Source: Escherichia phage JMPW1. Taken from it: a stretch of DNA of 49,628 nucleotides. The first letter of the stretch is position 1. Every line of letters begins with the position of its first letter. The translations under genes and the position numbers were made by a program. Shown here piece by piece: positions 39,386 to 47,132 of this stretch. The DNA is taken from the sequence record NC_041874.1. One strand, written 5' to 3'. The notes beneath the pieces are model-generated. The model was given only the letters and a program-made list of their open reading frames with translations, did not search any database and was not told where the DNA came from.

Positions 39386-40099
39386 ATGAAAGACTTTAAT
39401 GATATCGAAACTATCGACTTTGCTGAAACTGGTTGCTCATTCACTCGCGAAGCAATAGCGTTTGGCGGTTATTATCAGGCACTAAAAACTCCAACATGCA
39501 AAGAGATTTCAGGCCGTCGATATAAGGGAACCAATACGCCGGATGTTGTTCGTGATTTATGGTCAACCCCGCGCGAGGTTATTGCGTACCTTGAGGGGCG
39601 TTATGGAAAATACGATCTCGACGCTGCGGCAAGCGAAGAAAATAAAGTTTGCGAGAAGTTTTATTCTCAGGAAACAAACTGCTTAAAACGTTGGTGGGGT
39701 AAAAACAAGCATGTATGGTTAAACCCTCCTTATAGTCGACCTGATATATTCGTCAAGAAGGCGATCGAGCAAATGGAGCACAATAATCAGATTGATATTC
39801 TGTTGCCTGCCGATAATTCTACAGCGTGGTTTACTGAGGCGCGACAGCACGCGGCTGAAATCATCTGGATTGAAGCTGACTTGACTGAGGATATTGACGG
39901 CAACAAGTATGCTCGATCCGGACGACTGGCGTTTATATCCGGTGAAACCGGAAAGGCCGTAGATGGTAATAACAAAGGTTCGGTAATTTTTATCATGCGC
40001 GAACTTAAAGATGGTGAGACGCAGCAAACTCACTATATCCCAATCACAAGCATTTTCCCTTCGGTGAAAAACAAGCGCGCAAAAGTGAGGAAAGTATGA
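39386..40099 (+). CDS. dam: DNA N6-adenine methyltransferase (phage Dam family)
   Basis: WSTPREV...DLDAAAS...WLNPPYS (NPPY catalytic motif). Confidence 0.85.
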   Translation: MKDFNDIETIDFAETGCSFTREAIAFGGYYQALKTPTCKEISGRRYKGTNTPDVVRDLWSTPREVIAYLEGRYGKYDLDAAASEENKVCEKFYSQETNCLKRWWGKNKHVWLNPPYSRPDIFVKKAIEQMEHNNQIDILLPADNSTAWFTEARQHAAEIIWIEADLTEDIDGNKYARSGRLAFISGETGKAVDGNNKGSVIFIMRELKDGETQQTHYIPITSIFPSVKNKRAKVRKV

Positions 40100-40347
40100 T
40101 GAACGAGAAAATGATTCCGGTTAAGTTAACTGATCAAGGTTTATGGCTGCTTTATCGAGCTACCTGCTGCGAAATTATGGAGCGAAACGGATTGACTCAG
40201 GATGTTATTGGTTGCGATCTGTGGGAGTTCACTAGTTCTCTTGATATGTCTTTCGATGAGATAAAAAATGAATACATAGAGAATTGGCCTTCAATCATAC
40301 AGAAAGACGTGGAAGAACTTAAAGCTGATACAATCGTACAGCACTAA
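40096..40347 (+). CDS. hypothetical protein (83 aa)
   Basis: ATGA overlap with dam. Confidence 0.5.
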   Translation: MMNEKMIPVKLTDQGLWLLYRATCCEIMERNGLTQDVIGCDLWEFTSSLDMSFDEIKNEYIENWPSIIQKDVEELKADTIVQH

Positions 40348-40381
40348 TTGCTAAAAATACCCGACGAAAGTCGGGTATAGT
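40339..40381 (+). promoter_or_regulatory. palindrome-promoter cassette
   Basis: CAGCActaatTGCTA, 22 nt, TATAGT 40376-40381; hairpin CCCGAC/GTCGGG in the spacer. Confidence 0.5.
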
Positions 40382-40413
40382 TATTTCATAGAAACGAAAT
40401 GAGGAATCAGAAG

Positions 40414-40623
40414 ATGGCACGCATTAATGCAAACTTTTTCAATATCGCTCAACAGTCCGCAAAAATGGCTGTTCATATCACTGACAAGAAAGGCGGCAAC
40501 TTTGATTGGGATATTGCTATGAACTTCCTAAAAATGGCTTATTACCTCTGCTCAGTCAAAGAGGTTGAGTGTTTTATTGAAAGCGTGGAGAAACTAACTA
40601 ATGCTGATAAAAAAACAAGGTAA
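40414..40623 (+). CDS. hypothetical protein (69 aa)
   Basis: GAGGAATCAGAAG-ATG after cassette 40339-40381. Confidence 0.5.
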   Translation: MARINANFFNIAQQSAKMAVHITDKKGGNFDWDIAMNFLKMAYYLCSVKEVECFIESVEKLTNADKKTR

Positions 40624-40873
40624 ACGCGAGGTTTGGGAACACGCGAAGGAATGTGGGATCTCAGACGATATAGCGCTAATAGCGAAATATTTCGATATAA
40701 AGGATGTTAGCATTATCTCAAACGGCAAGATTTCATTTATGGAAGATATGCCGAGAAAAATGCATAGAGTTCCAGCAACTCCATCACTTGAGTTTTACCG
40801 CGAAGAGGGAAAGAGAATTGAGCGAGAAAGAAAATCCACAAAAAACGGCAAGTCTTCCCGGCTTAAATATTAA
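40601..40873 (+). CDS. hypothetical protein (90 aa)
   Basis: ORF track; basic C-terminus; contains A_AAA_AAC at 40840-40846. Confidence 0.45.
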   Translation: MLIKKQGKREVWEHAKECGISDDIALIAKYFDIKDVSIISNGKISFMEDMPRKMHRVPATPSLEFYREEGKRIERERKSTKNGKSSRLKY

Positions 40874-41105
40874 TGCGGACGAATACCAGGCAATATGGAT
40901 CGGTAAAAAGCAGGTTAAGCAAATTCATTTCTCTGACTGGTTGCCACCTGACTTTGTTAACGTGCTTTGCACTATCGGTATTGAGCAGGAGTTGCATATA
41001 GGTTACTACTCACCTGGCCGAAACAGTATGATGCTTGAGGTTGACGGAAAACTCGTTGAGTTTAAATCTTCAGATCTAGGATTCTGGTTGAAGGCTGTGG
41101 CATGA
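40818..41105 (+). CDS. hypothetical protein (start uncertain; TTG 40818 proposed)
   Basis: Frame open from 40704. GAGGGA SD 7 nt before TTG 40818. Overlaps 40601-40873 in the +1 frame. Confidence 0.35.
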   Translation: MSEKENPQKTASLPGLNINADEYQAIWIGKKQVKQIHFSDWLPPDFVNVLCTIGIEQELHIGYYSPGRNSMMLEVDGKLVEFKSSDLGFWLKAVA

Positions 41106-41173
41106 AACTTTATTTTGCTGTAGTATTAACACCGCTAATTTCATTTTCAGTAATGTATTTCATTATCATGTAA
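41102..41173 (+). CDS. possible 23-aa hydrophobic peptide
   Basis: ATGA overlap with upstream stop; MKLYFAVVLTPLISFSVMYFIIM. Confidence 0.25.
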   Translation: MKLYFAVVLTPLISFSVMYFIIM

Positions 41174-41183
41174 GGATTAAAAT

Positions 41184-42335
41184 ATGTCACAAGCTAAAAT
41201 CACTACCGAGCAACTTGTCGAAGAGCGCATGAACGGCCTTACACTTCGCGAGATCGCGGAAAAGTACGGTATGCATATTCGAACTGTTGAGGCTCGACAC
41301 GCAAAATTGGCAAAAGAAGGCCACTTTCACGGCAATGAGCATGTTGCTAAAAACGTTCCTGAAGGCTTCATGGTAAAAGGCACATCAACAATGATTCGCG
41401 GTGATGGGACTGAGGTCGTGCGATGGGTTAAGACCGATCAGGACCGTGAGAAGATTGCAGCTATGATGGAAGCTGCACGCATTGCATTTTGTGAAGACTT
41501 GCCGCGAGCAAAGCCAACTGAGCTGCTCACATCGCAAGGTCTTACAACCTCTATTGGAAAGCTGGCACTATACCCGGTGTTCGATCTTCACATTGGCGCG
41601 CTTGCTCATAAGCATGAATGTGGAGAGAACTACTCTACCGACGTAGCGGAAAAAGTGCTTAGCGACTTCTTTAATTACGCGATCGATATTGCTCCGAACG
41701 CAGAGAAGGCCGTTCTTTTAATCGGCGGTGACTTCCTTCACTCGGACGGTCTTGATGCTGTTACCCCGGCAAGTGGTCACGTTCTGGATCAGGATTCACG
41801 ATATGCAAAATTGGTGCATGTAGCTATTAGATCTGTTCGTCGCGCTATCGACAAAATGCTACTGAAACACAAAGAAGTCGAGGTCCAGGTTATCGAAGGG
41901 AACCACGATCAGTCTGGGATGATTTGGCTGCGCGCTGCAATGTCGGCATATTATGAAGACGAGCCGCGAGTATTCGTTGACGTTAGTCCTATGATTCTGC
42001 ATAAGACTCGTTGGGGAAATACCTTGTTGGGATACACTCACGGGCACACTATGAAAAAGGCAGAGACTCGACTCGCAGCTATGGCAGCAGATTTCCGCGC
42101 AGATTTTGGTGAAAGCAAATACGTGTACACGCATAGCGGTCACTGGCATCACCAGACAATCACTGAGCACTCACTCGGTATTGATGAGGTTCACGGCCAG
42201 TTAGGCGCGAAAGACGCATACGCAGCACGAGGAGGGTGGCGCTCGTATCGCCAGGCGGCTGTAATTGTTTACGATAAGCAATTTGGGGAAATCGGTCGTT
42301 TCATCTATCGTCCAGAAATGACAGGATCGCACTAA
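41184..42335 (+). CDS. HTH domain fused to calcineurin-like metallophosphoesterase
   Basis: N-terminal LTLREIAEKYGMHIRTVEARH HTH; phosphoesterase motifs DLHIG, GGDFLH, EGNHD, GHTH, SGHWHH. Confidence 0.7.
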   Translation: MSQAKITTEQLVEERMNGLTLREIAEKYGMHIRTVEARHAKLAKEGHFHGNEHVAKNVPEGFMVKGTSTMIRGDGTEVVRWVKTDQDREKIAAMMEAARIAFCEDLPRAKPTELLTSQGLTTSIGKLALYPVFDLHIGALAHKHECGENYSTDVAEKVLSDFFNYAIDIAPNAEKAVLLIGGDFLHSDGLDAVTPASGHVLDQDSRYAKLVHVAIRSVRRAIDKMLLKHKEVEVQVIEGNHDQSGMIWLRAAMSAYYEDEPRVFVDVSPMILHKTRWGNTLLGYTHGHTMKKAETRLAAMAADFRADFGESKYVYTHSGHWHHQTITEHSLGIDEVHGQLGAKDAYAARGGWRSYRQAAVIVYDKQFGEIGRFIYRPEMTGSH

Positions 42336-42369
42336 TTGATAAAAACTCCCGAAGGGATTCGGGCATAGT
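42327..42369 (+). promoter_or_regulatory. palindrome-promoter cassette (degenerate)
   Basis: TCGCActaatTGATA, 22 nt, CATAGT 42364-42369; hairpin CCCGAA/TTCGGG in the spacer. Confidence 0.45.
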
Positions 42370-42398
42370 AACCACATCGAAAACAAAGAGGCTATATC

Positions 42399-42575
42399 AT
42401 GAAGCTAGTTAAGTGCATCCGAAATGATTCCAAAACGCTTCCATTCCGCGTAAATCAGATCTATAGTGTTGGTTATGATTTCGGTGGTGGATTATTTGAG
42501 GTTTACGACGGGAGAGGCTCGGCAATCCATGTTCCTCTGAACGGTCACTACCTGGAATTTATTGAGATAGATTAA
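42399..42575 (+). CDS. hypothetical 58-aa mini-domain protein
   Basis: Below the ORF-track cut-off; follows cassette 42327-42369; MKLVKCIRNDSKTLPFRVNQIYSV... resembles MKFEC repeats; followed by terminator. Confidence 0.45.
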   Translation: MKLVKCIRNDSKTLPFRVNQIYSVGYDFGGGLFEVYDGRGSAIHVPLNGHYLEFIEID

Positions 42576-42596
42576 CAATAGCATTCATCACCTTAC

Positions 42597-42628
42597 AGGC
42601 TGGCATGATTTAGATGCTGGCCTTTTTG
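42597..42628 (+). terminator. intrinsic terminator before lysis cassette
   Basis: AGGCTGGCAT ... ATGCTGGCCT imperfect stem then TTTTT. Confidence 0.5.
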
Positions 42629-42693
42629 CGTTGTGTCAAATAAATTTGAAGGTTAAAATCAACTCACTTGTTCAAAAAATATATGGTGAGATT

Positions 42694-42909
42694 ATGAAAG
42701 AATTTTTAACCGCAGCTACGTCTAGCACGGGCGGGGCTTCATTAGTGGGGGCGGCGACCGGGCAGCTTTATATTGCTGGCGCTACATTCATTTGCTTTCT
42801 GCTTTTTGGTGCTTGGGGCGCATACTGGAAGTATCGTGATAGCAAGGCGATTCAGGAAGCGTTAAACGATGGCGATCTAAATAAGGCACTTAAGATCAGG
42901 GGGAGATAA
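42694..42909 (+). CDS. holin (small, possibly pinholin-like)
   Basis: 71 aa, two hydrophobic segments, charged C-terminus; immediately upstream of endolysin; GGTGAG SD. Confidence 0.65.
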   Translation: MKEFLTAATSSTGGASLVGAATGQLYIAGATFICFLLFGAWGAYWKYRDSKAIQEALNDGDLNKALKIRGR

Positions 42910-43397
42910 TGAGCTTAAAAAATAACGTTATAGGCGCATCGATCGGGGCTGCTTTGACGTTGACGCCTACCCTGCTGGAACGAATCGAAGGGATAGAATA
43001 CGAGGTGTATTACGATATAGCCGGAGTCCCTACCGTATGCAGCGGAATAACCGGGCCGGACGTCATACCTGGTAAGAAATACACTAAGCGAGAATGCGAT
43101 GCATTGCTGATAAAACATATCGGCGTCGCTCAGCGATACGTTGACAAAAAGGTGAATGTTGATATTCCGGTAACGATGCGCGCGTCACTGTACAGCTTCA
43201 CTTTCAACGTCGGTACTGGCGCGTTCGGATCTTCTACAATGCTTAAGCTAATAAATCAGAGTAAGCACAAGGAAGCGTGCAATCAGTTATGGCGATGGGT
43301 ATACTACTACAACCCAAAAACCAAAAAGCGCGAAGTGTCTAGAGGACTAAAGAACCGACGCGCTGAAGAATACGCGTATTGCGTTAAGGAATTATGA
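42909..43397 (+). CDS. endolysin, GH24 lysozyme with SAR-like N-terminus
   Basis: E-x8-D-x5-T triad in [21 protein letters not shown]; strong resemblance to P21 R21 (from memory); N-terminal [17 protein letters not shown] is Gly/Ala/Thr-rich. Confidence 0.85.
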   Translation: MSLKNNVIGASIGAALTLTPTLLERIEGIEYEVYYDIAGVPTVCSGITGPDVIPGKKYTKRECDALLIKHIGVAQRYVDKKVNVDIPVTMRASLYSFTFNVGTGAFGSSTMLKLINQSKHKEACNQLWRWVYYYNPKTKKREVSRGLKNRRAEEYAYCVKEL

Positions 43398-43798
43398 TGA
43401 AACTGAAGAAAACGTGCATTGCGATTGCAGTGGCTGTTGGCGTTATTTCCCTATCCGGTTGTTCGACGGCATCTGCCCTGAGCGGTTTAATCGGATCTAA
43501 ACCGGAAGTTACAGCACAAATCGGAGAGGAGAACACAAAGCAATTAGCAGGAGTAACCGCAAAATCCGAAGATAAGCGAGATGTTAAAGTTGAGAAGTCC
43601 AATGTAGGAAAGATTGACTCTTCCTTGAAGAAGTCAATTGAAGTGTCAACCATTAAGGCTAACACGGTTAACGCTGAAAGCATCACAGTAACAAAACCGG
43701 AAAACTGGTACGATGCTATCGTTGGCTGGATTCTCGTTTTTATCGGTCTATTGCTGGTTTATTTTTCACTTCGTAAGGACGAAAAAAAGGAGGCTTAG
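43394..43798 (+). CDS. unimolecular spanin (T1 gp11-type)
   Basis: N-terminal lipoprotein signal (ISLSG-C) plus C-terminal TM helix ([16 protein letters not shown]) in one 134-aa chain; last gene of lysis cassette. Confidence 0.8.
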   Translation: MMKLKKTCIAIAVAVGVISLSGCSTASALSGLIGSKPEVTAQIGEENTKQLAGVTAKSEDKRDVKVEKSNVGKIDSSLKKSIEVSTIKANTVNAESITVTKPENWYDAIVGWILVFIGLLLVYFSLRKDEKKEA

Positions 43799-43812
43799 CC
43801 TCCTTTGTTATT
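43782..43812. terminator. bidirectional terminator between spanin (+) and leftward operon (-)
   Basis: AAAAAAA GGAGGC tta GCCTCC TTTGTTATTT. Confidence 0.7.
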
Positions 43813-44011
43813 TGTACCTTTTTACGTTAAGTAGTAACTCCCCATCCTGGTCGCAAAGATTATGCTCGCTTTCGTTACTGGCCCTCATTGAAGTGAGCAA
43901 CAGACTCAACAACCCTTGCTCAAATTCTTCTTTCGTAAGCTGGAGCCTTGCGCACAATTCGACGTTCCGATCTATCAATGTTTCTACGTTCTCCAAACAA
44001 ATCCTCATCAC
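43808..44011 (-). CDS. hypothetical protein (67 aa)
   Basis: GGAGAG SD 8 nt before ATGATG; helical-looking sequence; overlaps 3' end of 43920-44327 by 92 nt. Confidence 0.4.
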   Translation of the reverse strand: MMRICLENVETLIDRNVELCARLQLTKEEFEQGLLSLLLTSMRASNESEHNLCDQDGELLLNVKRYK

Positions 44012-44327
44012 TCATCTCTCCAATGTGCATCATTTCCCACGTATACCGATTGTTGTAGCCATCAATACACATCAGCTTCATCATTACCGGGCGCTTAATC
44101 TTTCCCTTGCACCAGTAAAACCCATCCCTGCAATCAAGATAACCCTCAGTTACACAGCGTGAGCAAAACTCCTTAGATAGCGCGCTTGTAAATTCACGGC
44201 GAGTCATTCCTGCGGCCTTAGCAAATCGCTCACTTTCCTTGTGGGCGTATATAAATTTCGCTATGTGCTGTCGAGTGTATTTGTCGTAACCTTCGCAGAA
44301 CCTGAACAGATCTAAAAGAAGAAGCAT
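43920..44327 (-). CDS. hypothetical Cys-rich protein (135 aa)
   Basis: ORF track; starts 4 nt after upstream stop; C-terminal 30 aa are low-complexity R/E-rich. Confidence 0.5.
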   Translation of the reverse strand: MLLLLDLFRFCEGYDKYTRQHIAKFIYAHKESERFAKAAGMTRREFTSALSKEFCSRCVTEGYLDCRDGFYWCKGKIKRPVMMKLMCIDGYNNRYTWEMMHIGEMSDEDLFGERRNIDRSERRIVRKAPAYERRI

Positions 44328-44331
44328 ATTA

Positions 44332-45900
44332 TTAACCCATCAGTCGAGGGTTGATGAAAACAATATCATCAATCCGGCAAGTGTAGTTCATCTCTTCGAG
44401 CGTGATCAGCAGGCTGTCGATTCGCTCAGATACTTTCTGTTGACCGTTGAACGGCGTAACGTTCCGGCACTTTGCAACGATGCTATGAATAGGTGCGCGG
44501 CCTTTGTTCTTCTTCGCGATCTCAGTGATAACATCAATCAGCTTACGAGATTCAGCCTCATCACCTGCATACCCGGCAGCGCTGGCAGATGACAGGTAAG
44601 TCCTGGAAAGCTCATTGAAGATCATGATCGCTTCCTGCATTGTTTCAAGGTCAATCTCACGATTAGATCGGTTCGGTGATTCACCCTCCCAATTCTTGAT
44701 CGTGTGAAGAACTGAAGCAATGCGCAAAGCGTGCTTATCGAACTTACCGAGATGACCGCGTAGCATTGAGTGAGAGTATTTGCCCCCGGCGGCGAAATCA
44801 GGCTCCATCGCCTGGCGAGCAAGGTTTAATTCACGCATAGCGTTACGGCTTACAGAGAGAACGACGTTGTCCTCCTTCATAATGTTGTGCACGAGTCTGT
44901 AATATTTGCTAACCAGTCCGCGATCTACTTCCTTATACAGCGCATCACCATTTTCATCGCAAAGAATACGAGTACCTAAAAGCGGTTCCTCTCGAACCAG
45001 GAGGAAACGCTCAGATACACCGATACCGCGCTGGCCTGCGTCCATGATACCCTTGATTGTTTCATCCTGCGCAATGACGCAGATCGAACCGACCGGGCAA
45101 AGAGATAAGTTGTTGTCCTGATTTGAACGCGCGACCTCCATATGGTTTTTATCCCACGCCTTAAGAATAAGCTCGCTGTTTGATTTCTTATCAGAACCGC
45201 CATAAGTCAGACCAAGCAATGTATTGATTGCCGTTGCTTCATCAGATATTACGGAAAAGTGGCCTTGAACAGCCGCAACTTTCGCAAGACCTTCAGGTGT
45301 AGGATCTGATACCGCGAAAACAATATCAGCCATCTTCTTGATCTTTTCTTCCAGTTTTTCCTTGTCTTCGTACAGAGCCGCCGTCGTGTTACCCTTTGGA
45401 TCGTTTTTTATTTCTTTCTCGACCTGACGTAGCTGACTGGTTAAACGTATGCGCTCCTTTTTGCGCTCTTCATTCAGTCGCTGAATCTCCGCACGCATAG
45501 GTGTAATCGCCGCTGAGTTAATAGCGGACTTACCTGTTGATGGTGGCTGGCTGATTACCATGTAAAGCGCGGTCGGCTGTTCTTCGCCGTGATATTGCAC
45601 CCAAAACTTCCCGAGCATAGCGGCTGAGATGCACCCAATGAAATGAGCGTACGCAGACGAAACAGGGAACTGTACAGACTCAGCCTTTGCCTTTGCATAT
45701 TCGAATACCAGGTTATCGCCACCTAACGAAATCAGCGGGAACTTATCGTTTCCACTGTTGATATCGATCGGATCTTGCCAAAACGAAACTGAATCCCCAT
45801 AGCTGTTTTCACGAATTGCGATCGACACCGGATTAACTCCAGTGCTATTTGCGATCTCAATAATCTGTTGGTAATTCAATTTTGGCTTAATATTAAACAT
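44332..45900 (-). CDS. DUF3987-type replicative helicase-like P-loop protein
   Basis: P-loop-like SQPPSTGKSA; overall YfjI/DUF3987 look; AAGGAG SD before ATG 45900. The longer 45963 start in the ORF track runs into the promoter cassette. Confidence 0.7.
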   Translation of the reverse strand: MFNIKPKLNYQQIIEIANSTGVNPVSIAIRENSYGDSVSFWQDPIDINSGNDKFPLISLGGDNLVFEYAKAKAESVQFPVSSAYAHFIGCISAAMLGKFWVQYHGEEQPTALYMVISQPPSTGKSAINSAAITPMRAEIQRLNEERKKERIRLTSQLRQVEKEIKNDPKGNTTAALYEDKEKLEEKIKKMADIVFAVSDPTPEGLAKVAAVQGHFSVISDEATAINTLLGLTYGGSDKKSNSELILKAWDKNHMEVARSNQDNNLSLCPVGSICVIAQDETIKGIMDAGQRGIGVSERFLLVREEPLLGTRILCDENGDALYKEVDRGLVSKYYRLVHNIMKEDNVVLSVSRNAMRELNLARQAMEPDFAAGGKYSHSMLRGHLGKFDKHALRIASVLHTIKNWEGESPNRSNREIDLETMQEAIMIFNELSRTYLSSASAAGYAGDEAESRKLIDVITEIAKKNKGRAPIHSIVAKCRNVTPFNGQQKVSERIDSLLITLEEMNYTCRIDDIVFINPRLMG

Positions 45901-45929
45901 CACAATAAACTCCTTAGTTGACGGTGTGA

Positions 45930-45972
45930 ATGATACACCGCCAATGGTACACGCGTTTTGCAAAAAGTGCTA
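45930..45972 (-). promoter_or_regulatory. palindrome-promoter cassette
   Basis: Minus strand: TAGCActtttTGCAA, 22 nt, TATCAT (45935-45930); hairpin GGTGT/ACACC around the -10. Confidence 0.5.
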
Positions 45973-45976
45973 TTGG

Positions 45977-46393
45977 TTATAAGTATTTGGCCTCAAAGGT
46001 TGTGCCATCTGCGATACTAAAACCGATCTCTTCGCGAAATAATGTCCAACGGCATCCGTCCTCATCAAAGATGTAACCAGCTACGCCGCCGAGAGCGCGA
46101 CCGCTTTCTACCTGGTAACGCTTTCCAACTTTGAATGATTTTTTCATCGGGTTGCGATGGTCAAGTCCGGTGCACTTTAGCGTCTTTGTTTTCAACTCGG
46201 TGAATTTCGCGAAGAAGATTTCATCAGTTCCGTGAATCTGTAATTCATCATGCTTTTCAAGTTTTAAATACTTCCCGCATTTTAGTTTTACTTCGCGAGT
46301 ACCATCATAGCGCTCACGACCTTTATACAAATTGTTTACTTCGAATCCTGTGATCTTGTCTGCGGAAGTGCATTTCAGTTTGATGGATTTCAT
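45977..46393 (-). CDS. hypothetical protein with two K-x-KC mini-domains (138 aa)
   Basis: MKSIKLKCTSADKITGFEVNNLYKG and KTKTLKCTGLD...FKVGKRYQV...DEDGC repeats; AACCAATCAGGAG leader. Confidence 0.55.
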   Translation of the reverse strand: MKSIKLKCTSADKITGFEVNNLYKGRERYDGTREVKLKCGKYLKLEKHDELQIHGTDEIFFAKFTELKTKTLKCTGLDHRNPMKKSFKVGKRYQVESGRALGGVAGYIFDEDGCRWTLFREEIGFSIADGTTFEAKYL

Positions 46394-46429
46394 GGCGCTA
46401 GCTCCTGATTGGTTATCTTGAATAAGGCC

Positions 46430-46472
46430 ACTTTATCAAATGACCTTACGGCAATATTAACAAATCGTGCTA
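46430..46472 (-). promoter_or_regulatory. palindrome-promoter cassette
   Basis: Minus strand: TAGCAcgattTGTTA, 22 nt, TGaTAAAGT (46435-46430); hairpin AAGGTCA/TGGCCTT; AACCAATCAGGAG leader. Confidence 0.55.
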
Positions 46473-46473
46473 T

Positions 46474-46683
46474 TTACCAGGGAATATAATTGTCGTCGTC
46501 CTCATCAATATCATCACCAGGTAACTCGAAGTCTGGATTATATTCGCTTTCTGCGTCCATATCCATATTCCCTAGAGCGTCATCAAGCGTAATTTCTTTA
46601 TACGCAACCTTTATACACCATTCCGCACTAAGCCCAGCATCAAGAGCGGCAAAATAACGAGTCCAGAAATTATCCTGCTCCAT
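46474..46683 (-). CDS. small acidic protein with SSB-like C-terminal tip (69 aa)
   Basis: ATG 46683; the TTG at 46686 abuts the upstream TGA. C-terminus PGDDIDEDDDNYIPW. Confidence 0.55.
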   Translation of the reverse strand: MEQDNFWTRYFAALDAGLSAEWCIKVAYKEITLDDALGNMDMDAESEYNPDFELPGDDIDEDDDNYIPW

Positions 46684-46686
46684 CAA

Positions 46687-46911
46687 TCAACCCCATGAAT
46701 TAATGTAAATTGAGTTAGCCTCAAGCGTAGCGCGCACATCCGCATCTGTTGCATTTACTAAGCGCGAGCCTGGCGTGCTGCCGATAACGTTATTACCGTT
46801 ACGAGCCTTAGTTACCGTCATTGAAATAAAACCGGAAGACTTATCCATTTTGATAACTACACGGCCTTTAGCGTTCAGGTGCGTGATGATATTCTCAACT
46901 TTAATGCTCAT
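46687..46911 (-). CDS. hypothetical protein (74 aa)
   Basis: Follows cassette 46945-46988; AAAGGAATTAAAA-ATG. Confidence 0.55.
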   Translation of the reverse strand: MSIKVENIITHLNAKGRVVIKMDKSSGFISMTVTKARNGNNVIGSTPGSRLVNATDADVRATLEANSIYINSWG

Positions 46912-46944
46912 TTTTAATTCCTTTGTTTCGTTTGGTGTGGGAGT

Positions 46945-46988
46945 AATATACCTTACCCCCTATTGTATGTCTTTAGCAATTCGTGCTA
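46945..46988 (-). promoter_or_regulatory. palindrome-promoter cassette
   Basis: Minus strand: TAGCAcgaatTGCTA, 23 nt, TATATT (46950-46945). Confidence 0.5.
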
Positions 46989-47132
46989 TCAGTACTCAGA
47001 AATTACTTTGCACTCTTTGATTGTTCCACCCAAAACTACTTTCTGCATCATTGCTTTTTGTTGGCTATCGTAAACGCGAACATTTTTTACTCTGTTAAAT
47101 TTGCCAGTATAGAAGGTGTGAATATAAATCAT
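46989..47132 (-). CDS. possible hypothetical protein (47 aa)
   Basis: ATGA overlap with upstream stop; fills an otherwise empty 140-nt gap; its TGA abuts palindrome 46974-46988. Confidence 0.35.
   Translation of the reverse strand: MIYIHTFYTGKFNRVKNVRVYDSQQKAMMQKVVLGGTIKECKVISEY

Noticed and set aside
40840-40846. -1 programmed frameshift joining ORF 40601-40873 to ORF 40704-41105
   Set aside because: The -1 frame after the heptamer terminates after 6 codons (TAA at 40864-40866). The long partner ORF is in the +1 frame, so a simple -1 G/GT-like mechanism does not work.
43713-44162. 149-aa plus-strand ORF crossing the spanin end and the bidirectional terminator
   Set aside because: It runs through a strong terminator and is antisense to two minus-strand genes. 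The product is S/L-rich and low-complexity.
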